Made by a program: the position numbers and the translations under genes
Part shown: positions 54,306-62,810 of the stretch, one piece after another
Layout: each line of letters begins with the position of its first letter
Numbering within the stretch: position 1 is the first letter of the stretch
The notes under the pieces: model-generated
Told to the model about the DNA's origin: nothing
Seen by the model: the letters and a program-made list of their open reading frames with translations, nothing else
The model's database searches: none
Source: Bacteroidales bacterium
Lineage (GTDB): Bacteria; Bacteroidota; Bacteroidia; Bacteroidales; UBA4417
Reading direction: 5' to 3'
Length of the DNA stretch: 64,000 nt
Assembly: GCA_963677975.1 (NCBI GenBank)
Contig: OY782677.1
Coordinates: 643,178-707,177, forward strand

Positions 54306-55316
54306 ATGATACTTGTAACCGGCGGAACAGGACTTGTTGGTACCTACCTTTTGTATGAACTTACCCGTAAAGGCCATAAGGTCCGTGCATTGCTGCGCCC
54401 GGGCAAAAGACCATATCAAACTTGCCGGCTTTTCGCCTGCCTTTCGGCCGATTATGAAAAACTCAGCGACCTGGTTGAATGGGTCGAAGGTGATGTATTG
54501 GATCCGTTCTCACTTCACCAGGCTATGCAGGGTGTCGACCAGGTATACCATTGTGCGGCTATGGTATCATTTAATCCCCGCGACCTTAAGGCTATGCTTG
54601 CCGTAAATATTACCGGGACGGCCAATGTTGTAAATGCCTGCCTCGAAAATAATGTCAAAAAACTTCTCCATGTGAGTTCAATTGCTTCGCTGGGCCAGGC
54701 CGAGAAGGGCGAACTTATTGACGAAAATGCAAAGTGGAAAACTTCCCGCTATAACAGCGGCTATGCCATCAGCAAGTACGGAGGCGAACGCGAAGTATGG
54801 CGGGGAATAGAGGAGGGATTGAACGCGATTATTGTTAATCCGTCGGTGATCATAGGGGCCGGGTGCCATTCAAAGGCAACCAACCAGTTGTTTCACGGAA
54901 TTAATAAATTTCTACCGTTTTATACCGAAGGTATTAACGGGTATGTGGATGTTCGTGATGTTGTAAGTGCAATGATACTGTTAATGGATAGCCCGGCGAG
55001 CGGCGAACGCTTTGTATTGAACGCCGAAAACCTTTCATTCAGGGAGTTCTTTGGCAAAGCAGCAGGCATCCTTGGCAAACCCCCGCCTCGTGTAGCTTTG
55101 AATGGAGCACTTATGAAACTCATGGCCTTCGGCGACGAATTTCGTGGGCGCCTTACCCGTTCGCGTCCTTTATTAACACGCGAAAACGTCAGGGCCGCGT
55201 TATCCAAATCCATGTATTCATCTGAGAAGTTCGGAAGCCGTTTTCACTTCACTTTTATCCCGATAACAGACAGCCTGAGCGAAGCTTTCCGGATACTGGA
55301 AAGGCTAAAAAAATAA
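54306..55316 (+). CDS. NAD-dependent epimerase/dehydratase family (extended SDR) protein
   Basis: MILVTGGTGLVGTYL Rossmann motif and a YAISK catalytic YxxxK. Confidence 0.88.
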   Translation: MILVTGGTGLVGTYLLYELTRKGHKVRALLRPGKRPYQTCRLFACLSADYEKLSDLVEWVEGDVLDPFSLHQAMQGVDQVYHCAAMVSFNPRDLKAMLAVNITGTANVVNACLENNVKKLLHVSSIASLGQAEKGELIDENAKWKTSRYNSGYAISKYGGEREVWRGIEEGLNAIIVNPSVIIGAGCHSKATNQLFHGINKFLPFYTEGINGYVDVRDVVSAMILLMDSPASGERFVLNAENLSFREFFGKAAGILGKPPPRVALNGALMKLMAFGDEFRGRLTRSRPLLTRENVRAALSKSMYSSEKFGSRFHFTFIPITDSLSEAFRILERLKK

Positions 55317-55334
55317 TCTGTATCGTATAAATGA

Positions 55335-55368
55335 AAACTGCCGGATTTCTCCGGCAGTTTCTGCTTTT
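55335..55368 (+). terminator. Rho-independent terminator
   Basis: AAACTGCCGGA-TTTC-TCCGGCAGTTT followed by CTGCTTTT. Confidence 0.7.
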
Positions 55369-55487
55369 AGCAAAGGGAAGTAATCCAAGCATTGTTAGTA
55401 ATCTTCAAAACCAGAGTTCTATCTCAAGTCCAATGGTCTGAATCAGAGTTGGCCTTGTATTTCCGTGAAGTTATAAAAGGCCGCGTA

Positions 55488-55516
55488 AACCAAAAACCAA
55501 AGTTAACCAAAAACCA
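55488..55516 (+). repeat. Direct repeat AACCAAAAACCA x2 (17-nt period)
   Basis: Exact 12-mers at 55488 and 55505 in an ORF-free AT-rich spacer. Confidence 0.7.
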
Positions 55517-55553
55517 CTTTAATTACTTTGATACTAGTTTATAGCCATAGTTT

Positions 55554-55593
55554 AAAAAAGTAATAGACTGAAATGAAAAAAAATTACTTTTTT
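55554..55593. repeat. 11-bp perfect inverted repeat AAAAAAGTAAT / ATTACTTTTTT with an 18-nt spacer
   Basis: Read directly from the sequence. Confidence 0.7.
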
Positions 55594-55630
55594 ACTCAAA
55601 TAATTAACATGTGACTGTATGTCAACGAGA

Positions 55631-55656
55631 TAAAAAATAAAATATTTTATTTTTTA
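55631..55656. repeat. 26-bp perfect A/T-only palindrome TAAAAAATAAAATATTTTATTTTTTA
   Basis: Read directly from the sequence; it is self-complementary over its full length. Confidence 0.8.
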
Positions 55657-55702
55657 GGGGAATGGCGCAAAGGTAAAAGCCCTAAAGGCAATAAATTGAA
55701 TT

Positions 55703-55730
55703 CTGAAATTGCGTAAAAAGCAATTTTCAG
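55703..55730 (-). terminator. Hairpin overlapping the stop codon of the butyrate kinase homologue (possible terminator)
   Basis: The minus strand reads CTGAAAATTGC-TTTTTAC-GCAATTTCAG (10 bp with one bulge). The T-rich tail is weak. Confidence 0.4.
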
Positions 55731-56806
55731 ATATATTCAATTATTTCGGCTTCACCTCGGAGTATCATCATACCATTCATTGCGAGCGAATCGAGGTCGT
55801 TTACAATGGGGTAAACCGAAACAGGAGCGATTTTCTCGATACGGCGAATAAGTTTTTCTGTAAAAAACTTATTATTTAGGATGGATCCCATTATTAAGGT
55901 TGCATCCACGTTAAATTCAAGTACAGCGGCCATGCTGCCTATTTCTTTTGCAATCTGGTAAGCCATGGCATCCACTATGAATCTGGCTTTCTCGTCGCCC
56001 GAATCGACCATTGACGAAACTTCCGAAATGGATTTCGTGCCCAGGTAGGCTTTTATTCCACCCTGTTCGGTAATGAGTTTCCTCATTTCTTTATGTGAAT
56101 ATTTTCCGCTGTAGCACAAATCGATGAGTTGCCCGACAGGCAGGCTGCCTGAACGCGTCATCGAAAAAGGTCCGTCACCGTCGAAAGCCTGGTTAACATC
56201 CACCACCTGTCCGTTGCGGTGTGCACCTACCGAAACGCCGCCATTACCTATGTAGGCAACAACCAGTTTTAAATCCCTGTAATTGCGGTTGATGCTTTTG
56301 GCGTACTCGCGCGATATATTGAAATGATTAAGTGCATGAAATACCGAATTCCGTTCGATAAGGGGTAAACCCGAAACTTTGGCAATAGGCTCCATTTCGT
56401 CGACCACCACAGGATCTGCAAGGTAAGCCCTGGCATCCGGAAGCATGGCTGCTATTTTATCGGCAATAAGCCCGCCCAGGTTGGTTGCATGCATTCCCAT
56501 AACACCCACCCTCAGGTCGCGTTTCATCGCCTCGTTAACCTGGTAAACACCTGATTTCAATGGTTTTATCAGGCCCCCGCGGGCCATTACGATGGCAATG
56601 TCAGCAGGATCAATCTGGTTGTTTTTCAGTTCCTCCAGGATAAGACCGGTCCGGTAATCAAGTTCATCGATCACGTTGGTGAAAGCAGCAAGAGCTTCGG
56701 CCTTATGGCGGATCGACTTCAGGAAAATCAGGCTGACATTGCGGTATACTGCAATTTTGGTGATATCAACCTCGGGATATATGACCAGGATATGTTTTGC
56801 CGACAT
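55727..56806 (-). CDS. Butyrate kinase homologue (ASKHA fold) with divergent nucleotide-binding motifs
   Basis: Aligns by eye along its whole length to clostridial Buk (GGLIKPLKSGVYQVN, MHATNLGG, DPVVVDEM, FHALN, DGDGPFS). However, NPGSTSTK is YPEVDITK, HMGGGTS is YIGNGGVS and LTGGIA is IMGSIL. The ATG at 56806 is preferred because a -7 box lies inside the longer ORF. Confidence 0.8.
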   Translation of the reverse strand: MSAKHILVIYPEVDITKIAVYRNVSLIFLKSIRHKAEALAAFTNVIDELDYRTGLILEELKNNQIDPADIAIVMARGGLIKPLKSGVYQVNEAMKRDLRVGVMGMHATNLGGLIADKIAAMLPDARAYLADPVVVDEMEPIAKVSGLPLIERNSVFHALNHFNISREYAKSINRNYRDLKLVVAYIGNGGVSVGAHRNGQVVDVNQAFDGDGPFSMTRSGSLPVGQLIDLCYSGKYSHKEMRKLITEQGGIKAYLGTKSISEVSSMVDSGDEKARFIVDAMAYQIAKEIGSMAAVLEFNVDATLIMGSILNNKFFTEKLIRRIEKIAPVSVYPIVNDLDSLAMNGMMILRGEAEIIEYI

Positions 56807-56830
56807 GGTAATGGATTTATTTTGAACGCT

Positions 56831-56838
56831 CAAATTTA
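56831..56838 (-). promoter_or_regulatory. -7 box (TAAATTTG)
   Basis: TAnnTTTG 24 nt upstream of the ATG at 56806. Confidence 0.35.
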
Positions 56839-56930
56839 TTAATATTTCCGGTATGTTTCTCCGTAATAACGGCAAAGGAACAAATCAGGCTGAATAATGA
56901 TGCAGGGACTCCAAAGCCGAAAAGGAAGAT

Positions 56931-57140
56931 TTAATCGAAATCGTCCTTATTCTCCTGGTCTTCCGCGTGTTTCCCGATCACGTACCAGGTTACAGCACGT
57001 CCCACGAAGTACATAAAAAGGAGAAAGAAAAACAGGTAATCCGATATAATCCCTATATTCCCGGTGTAGGTAAGCAAAGCCCATAAAAGACCCAGCACGG
57101 CAATAACGACTAAATCCGGAATTCGTTGTTTACTGAGCAT
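56931..57140 (-). CDS. Small two-TM membrane protein with an acidic tail
   Basis: 69 aa with two clear hydrophobic helices. It has its own -7 box 16 nt upstream. Confidence 0.5.
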   Translation of the reverse strand: MLSKQRIPDLVVIAVLGLLWALLTYTGNIGIISDYLFFFLLFMYFVGRAVTWYVIGKHAEDQENKDDFD

Positions 57141-57156
57141 ACAGCAATTTTTTCAG

Positions 57157-57164
57157 CAAACTTA
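57157..57164 (-). promoter_or_regulatory. -7 box (TAAGTTTG)
   Basis: TAnnTTTG 16 nt upstream of the ATG at 57140. Confidence 0.35.
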
Positions 57165-57364
57165 ACGATTAATTTTTAATACTCATGCATACGTTTATCA
57201 GGCTATAATTAATGGATATAAAACGGAAAGCACCTGTTTTAACCATGTACATAATCATCCGACATAAATTATTGCTATCTTTATGACACGAAAACATAGA
57301 TTTATTAAACAGATTATAAGAGCAATAAAAAATGCCGGTTTTTTGAACGATTTATTACTTTGTC

Positions 57365-59275
57365 ATGAGATTTACAGGTTTTCAAATTGGTAAAGGTTTA
57401 ATAATATTATCCCTGATTGTTCCCTTCCGGGCAACAGGCTTTGCCCAAACCATTGTAAGGCATCCTGCCGAAATTCTTTTACCGGTGGCCTACGATGTAA
57501 CACCTCCCCTGGCTGCGATGCCGATCATACAGGAGGATGACCGGAATCTTCATGGGGAAAGAGAAGTCCCGAACCAGGGATTTTCGTATCTGTTTAACCC
57601 AAACCAGGATTTTGCAAAATCATTACCGGAACCGGATCCTGTTTTACAAGCAGCCCCCGGCCCGTACCAAACTAATTCAACACTGGTAAACAGGGACGGA
57701 ATCGGCAATTATTTGGGGTATATCCCCCCGGATGCAGTTGGCGATATAGGGACAAATCATTATATACAGGCTGTAAATGCCGCCTTTGCTGTTTATTCGA
57801 AATCAGGAGCGGTGCTTTATGGACCCGTTTCACTGGCTACTCTCTGGCAGGGATTCCCGTTACCGCATACCAGCGACGGCGACCCTGTAGTTTTATACGA
57901 TCACCTGGCCGACCGCTGGCTGATCACCCAGTTTTCGCTGCCCAACTTCCCATTCGGCCCTTTTTATGAACTTATTGCGGTTTCAACAACCTCAAATCCG
58001 CTTGGCTCCTGGTACCGGTATTCCTATAAGTTCAATACCTTCCCTGATTATCCGAAATTAGGCGTGTGGACAAACGGCTATTACATGAGTGTGAATATGT
58101 ATGCAACGGCAGGTGATGGAGGTATCTGGATGGGCCCTGCTGCCATTGAACTTGAACGCGATTCGCTGTTAAACGGGAAAGCAGGCCGGATGGTGATTTT
58201 CCAGCTCGGGGTAAATGACAACCATATGCTGCCTGCCGATCTCGATGGACCTCCTCCAGGTGCCCAGACACCGGGCCTGTTTCTTGGTGCCGACGACCAG
58301 CCTGGTACTAATGACCGCCTCGTTTTGTACAAATTAACCAATAACTGGCTGACACCCCAGAATGCGAAATTTACCGGGCCGGCCTATATAAATGTTGCTC
58401 CTTTCGATGGTAATTTATGCAACGACGCCCAGGCTTGCATTCCCCAAGCGGGGACAAGTGGCAAACTCGATCCGCTTTCGCGCCGGATGATGAACAGGCT
58501 GCAATACAGGAATTTTGGTTCGTATAAAGTGCTGATGGCCAATCATACAGTGGATGTTGATGGCAGCGACCATGCAGGGGTCAGGTGGTATGAATTGCGA
58601 GCATCGGATACTACTTTCAGCGTTTACCAGCAGGGTACATATGCCATTGATGCAAACCACCGCTGGCTGGGAAGCATAGCAATGGATGGTAACGGCAACA
58701 TTGCACTTGGATATTCAGTTTCGGGCAGCACTATGTTCCCTGCTATAAGGGCAACCGGACGGAGGGCCGGCGATCCTCCCGGGCAGATGAGTTTTATGGA
58801 GGAACAAATTATAGCGGGTGGTGGTGTTCAAACAAGCACAATCAACCGCTGGGGCGATTATTCCTGTTTAACGGTCGACCCGGTTGACGACCGCACATTC
58901 TGGTATACAAATGAATATTATGCTTCGTCCGGCTTTGATACCTGGAAAACCCGGATTGCCTCGTTTACAATCGATAACCTGCCGGTAAGCAATAAAAAAT
59001 ACACGGAAACAGGATATGCTTTTAACCTGAAATGCTATCCCAACCCAGTGACAAAACTTGCAACGATTAACTGGAATTTGAAAACTGAAGGATTTGTTGA
59101 ATTAAATATTTATGATTTTACCGGCCGCAAAACCGAAACTCTGGTTCACTCAGATATGGTGCCGGGAATAAACCAGGTTGTTTACGATGCGTCAGATTTA
59201 CCGGCTGGGATGTATTTTTGCCAACTCAGGGTAAATGGGGTGGCTGAGTCCATCGAAATTATAATAGCCAGGTAG
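57365..59275 (+). CDS. T9SS type A cargo protein, N-terminal domain of unknown function
   Basis: Signal peptide; C-terminal CYPNPVTKLATINWNL...LPAGMYFCQLRV sorting domain. Confidence 0.8.
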   Translation: MRFTGFQIGKGLIILSLIVPFRATGFAQTIVRHPAEILLPVAYDVTPPLAAMPIIQEDDRNLHGEREVPNQGFSYLFNPNQDFAKSLPEPDPVLQAAPGPYQTNSTLVNRDGIGNYLGYIPPDAVGDIGTNHYIQAVNAAFAVYSKSGAVLYGPVSLATLWQGFPLPHTSDGDPVVLYDHLADRWLITQFSLPNFPFGPFYELIAVSTTSNPLGSWYRYSYKFNTFPDYPKLGVWTNGYYMSVNMYATAGDGGIWMGPAAIELERDSLLNGKAGRMVIFQLGVNDNHMLPADLDGPPPGAQTPGLFLGADDQPGTNDRLVLYKLTNNWLTPQNAKFTGPAYINVAPFDGNLCNDAQACIPQAGTSGKLDPLSRRMMNRLQYRNFGSYKVLMANHTVDVDGSDHAGVRWYELRASDTTFSVYQQGTYAIDANHRWLGSIAMDGNGNIALGYSVSGSTMFPAIRATGRRAGDPPGQMSFMEEQIIAGGGVQTSTINRWGDYSCLTVDPVDDRTFWYTNEYYASSGFDTWKTRIASFTIDNLPVSNKKYTETGYAFNLKCYPNPVTKLATINWNLKTEGFVELNIYDFTGRKTETLVHSDMVPGINQVVYDASDLPAGMYFCQLRVNGVAESIEIIIAR

Positions 59276-59387
59276 AGGTGCAGATCATGGATATTGAAAA
59301 GGTATTAGGCAAAATAGAAATCCGATAGTTAAGAAAAGTGTACTGTGGTTATTTGCAATACATTAAGTATCATTATTTTATTACAGC

Positions 59388-61226
59388 ATGAAAGACCACA
59401 TTTTATTTTTTTGTCTTTTTACGAGTTTGTTCTCATACAGTCAGGTAACTTTCGAAAAAAAATATAATGACGGTTATTATGATGGAGCAAGCGTTATCAG
59501 GCAATGCTCTGACAAAGGATATATTATTCTCGGAACTTCTACCCGTGTATCAGCTACCCAATATGCTTGTATTACTAAAACTGATTCCCTGGGGAATATT
59601 GTCTGGTCAAAGTATTTGTACTCATGGAACCGAGGCAATAGTATCGAAGAAACGTATGATGGAGGCTTTATCGTTGTGGGACATAATCAATATTCTACTA
59701 ATAAAGTATCCGTTCTTAATTTGAATTCGGCGGGCAACATTAATTGGGCAAAGGAATATAGCTACAACTATTCATTCATTGAAGGGAACAATATTGTCCA
59801 ATCTGCTGACAGCAATTATACAATAGCCGGCACTTGCGAAGTTGGGTCAGGGAACAGAGACATTTTTTTGCTCAGATTAGATATGAATGGAGATAGCTTA
59901 TGGACGAAAAAATACGGAGATGCTGGATTTGACGAGGTTTATGATATGAAGGAAACAAATGATGGCGATTATATTATAGCCGGCACTTCGCAGCTTGGTT
60001 ATCATGGCGAATATCAGTTATATATTCTGAAAGTAAATTCTGAAGGAACTAATATTTGGGGAAGAAAGTATCTCGAAGGTCTCTCGGCAAAGTCAATTGA
60101 TCTTACTTTTGATGATGGTTATATTGTTTTAGGTTATATGTATGGCATGATTATGATCAAAGTTGATAACGCTGGAAATGTAAAATGGACTAAAATGCTT
60201 AATGGTTTTCAAGGTAGTTGTATTATTGAAACAACGGATAAGGGATTTTATGCGACAGGTGATGATTTTTATCAGGTTAAAACAGATTCTGCCGGAAATA
60301 TAATCTGGGAAAAAAATCCGGAACAGTATGCGGGAGGGTACTCAAAAAACTGCATTCAGGCAACCGATACTGGAATCGCTACTGTTGGTCACTTTTATGA
60401 TGTTGATTATCAGAGAGAAACAATATTATTTATAAAATCAGATATCAATGGTTGTATTTGTCCTAATATTCAAAATATTTCCGGGCCAACCAATAATACG
60501 GTTAATCAACCATCTGAATTTACTGCCCTAATGAATTATGGAACAAATACACTTAACTACAACTGGTGCTCAAATTATGGTCAGATTGTCTCTGGTCAGA
60601 ATTCATCCTCGGCAAGGGTTATTTGGAGCCTAACAGGGATTGATACCCTTAGGGTCCATATTTCAAATGATTGCGGGACTGACAGTTTGATATTCCCTGT
60701 CAACATTTTAACTTGTGTAACTCCTTTGACCGATTCGATTTTTGGGAATTCAATTTCCTGGAATAATACAGAAAGTTATTTTGTAAACAAACTTGAAGGT
60801 TCTGAGCCAATTTTTTATAATTGGACATCCAATATAGCTAACATTACAGGAGGAAATGGTACAGATTCAGTAACTGTGAAATGGATGCATGATGGTACAG
60901 GATATCTGAAAATGATTGCACAAAATTTGTGCGGTCAGGATAGTTTAGTGAAATCAGTCACTGTTATATTAACATCAGTCGAAAAAACAGATAATGCCCA
61001 AATTGTTATCTATCCGAATCCGACTCCTGATGGTAACATAAGTTTGGAATCAACAACGACAATCGAAAAACTATCAGTTCTTTCTGTAAATGGTGAATTG
61101 CTTTATGAAAATAAGTTTAACGGGAATTCAGGGCATGTTGACTTATCTGCTTTACCTAAAGGTATTTACATTTTGAAATTGTTTTTATCCAATTACTATC
61201 TGATCAGAAAACTCATCATTCTTTAG
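59388..61226 (+). CDS. T9SS type A cargo protein with beta-propeller-like repeats and two PKD-like domains
   Basis: Signal peptide; recurring D-G-[GDY]-[FY]-I-[IV]-x-G repeats; two ...CG.DSL... PKD-like modules; C-terminal IYPNPTPDGNI...LPKGIYILKL. Confidence 0.8.
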   Translation: MKDHILFFCLFTSLFSYSQVTFEKKYNDGYYDGASVIRQCSDKGYIILGTSTRVSATQYACITKTDSLGNIVWSKYLYSWNRGNSIEETYDGGFIVVGHNQYSTNKVSVLNLNSAGNINWAKEYSYNYSFIEGNNIVQSADSNYTIAGTCEVGSGNRDIFLLRLDMNGDSLWTKKYGDAGFDEVYDMKETNDGDYIIAGTSQLGYHGEYQLYILKVNSEGTNIWGRKYLEGLSAKSIDLTFDDGYIVLGYMYGMIMIKVDNAGNVKWTKMLNGFQGSCIIETTDKGFYATGDDFYQVKTDSAGNIIWEKNPEQYAGGYSKNCIQATDTGIATVGHFYDVDYQRETILFIKSDINGCICPNIQNISGPTNNTVNQPSEFTALMNYGTNTLNYNWCSNYGQIVSGQNSSSARVIWSLTGIDTLRVHISNDCGTDSLIFPVNILTCVTPLTDSIFGNSISWNNTESYFVNKLEGSEPIFYNWTSNIANITGGNGTDSVTVKWMHDGTGYLKMIAQNLCGQDSLVKSVTVILTSVEKTDNAQIVIYPNPTPDGNISLESTTTIEKLSVLSVNGELLYENKFNGNSGHVDLSALPKGIYILKLFLSNYYLIRKLIIL

Positions 61227-61315
61227 CCAGAATCTATCTGTAATCTCCAGTTCAATCTGCAGGCAAAAATCAAATTGCAAGTACGAAACTCCAACAAAAA
61301 GGTTGCCGGAAAGGG

Positions 61316-62608
61316 TTAACTCCAGAATTTAACCAAATCCTCCGGCCTTTCCCTCTCCTTCAACACTTCAAAATCGTCATCTCCTGAATAATAGCCTATT
61401 ACTTTGGGCACCTGCCTGCTGTTATACCTTGACCACATGCTCAGTGTATACGCTCCGGCATCGTGAATCAGAAGGTAATCGCCTTCATTAACTAGCGGCA
61501 GCTCAATATCCCTTGCCAGTATATCGCCGGCAAAACATAACGGCCCGGCAACGGTATATTTGTTTTTATCAATTCCTGATTTAAGTTTTCCGTGCTTATC
61601 CACAACGGAAATTTGGTGATACCAGTCAGCGGGGTTGTAGCATTTGCGAAGAAAAAGGTCGGCACCAGTGTGAGTCATTATGATGTTGTAATCCTTTTCC
61701 TGCTTCACGTATTCCACCCTTGAAGCCACCCAGCCGGCATTGGCATGGATATACCTTCCAAACTCAGTAAAAAGCCTGAACCGATTGGTAAAAAGATCGC
61801 CGCAATTCTCTTTCAGCATTGCCGCATACCTTTCCATTGATACCGCTTCCTGTCCCGGGTGATACAAAACCGGCAAACCGCCTCCAATGTCAAATACTTC
61901 AACCCGGTTTGGCTTTGATGCATTTTTGAGGCATGTATTTACTTCAAGCGCAAGATCCAGCACCTTCCTGATCCCGCTCACCAGCAGCGGAACCGGGCAG
62001 CCCTGTGATCCGATATGGACATGAATACCTTTTAGCCATTCGTAGTTCCGGAAATAACCGATTATTCGTTCTTTGTTATCGTTTAACGGGATACCGAATT
62101 TCGAAATTTCACCTGCAACACTGGTTGAGGCAATGCTTCCGGCACCAACCTGCGGATTGATACGCAACCCGATGCCGCTTTCCGATTTTATATTCTCCCG
62201 TATTCCGGCAATACGACTAAGTTCATCGAACGAATCGGCATTGATATAAACTCCTGACCGCAAGGCATATTCAATTTCCTCTTTTGTTTTGCAGGGAGAG
62301 TCGAACACTATATTCACAGGGGCAAAACCTACCTTTTCGGCTATGAAAAGTTCGGGCAAACTTGCCACTTCAGCCCCGGCGCCCATTGCCAGCAACTTTT
62401 CCAACATCCTTGTAAGAGGATTGGCTTTTACGGCAACAGTATGTAATGATCCCGAGGGGAAAATATGCTTCAGACCGGAAATCCTCCTCTCAATAAAATC
62501 AAGATCATAAAAAACGGCTGAGGTATCATCGGGGCCAAGTATGTTTTTGTTTTTCAGAGCACTACTGAATACCTTGCTTATTTCGTCAATCTGTAAACGG
62601 GATTGCAT
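61316..62608 (-). CDS. Type III PLP-dependent decarboxylase (diaminopimelate/ornithine/carboxynorspermidine decarboxylase family)
   Basis: AVKANP (PLP Lys), DIGGGLP, EFGRYIHANAG, GPLCFAGD and AGAYTLSMWSRYNS. The substrate cannot be assigned by eye. Confidence 0.85.
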   Translation of the reverse strand: MQSRLQIDEISKVFSSALKNKNILGPDDTSAVFYDLDFIERRISGLKHIFPSGSLHTVAVKANPLTRMLEKLLAMGAGAEVASLPELFIAEKVGFAPVNIVFDSPCKTKEEIEYALRSGVYINADSFDELSRIAGIRENIKSESGIGLRINPQVGAGSIASTSVAGEISKFGIPLNDNKERIIGYFRNYEWLKGIHVHIGSQGCPVPLLVSGIRKVLDLALEVNTCLKNASKPNRVEVFDIGGGLPVLYHPGQEAVSMERYAAMLKENCGDLFTNRFRLFTEFGRYIHANAGWVASRVEYVKQEKDYNIIMTHTGADLFLRKCYNPADWYHQISVVDKHGKLKSGIDKNKYTVAGPLCFAGDILARDIELPLVNEGDYLLIHDAGAYTLSMWSRYNSRQVPKVIGYYSGDDDFEVLKERERPEDLVKFWS

Positions 62609-62770
62609 GAAATGGAAATTTGTTTTTGAAAAAGGTTCGGATTGCAGCTTCCAGCCTTAATCCGGCAGCTTTAATTGTTTTTTACATTGTCGTAACTTCT
62701 GCTGTTTTCAACACCTTGTTAAAGCTATTGTTACTCTTGTTAAAAGTACAGATTTGTGCTGAATGATTAA

Positions 62771-62778
62771 TATATTTG
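62771..62778 (+). promoter_or_regulatory. -7 box (TATATTTG)
   Basis: TAnnTTTG 32 nt upstream of the ATG at 62811. Confidence 0.35.
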
Positions 62779-62810
62779 TCGCCTTTTATCATCGGTTTTA
62801 AAACAAATTT

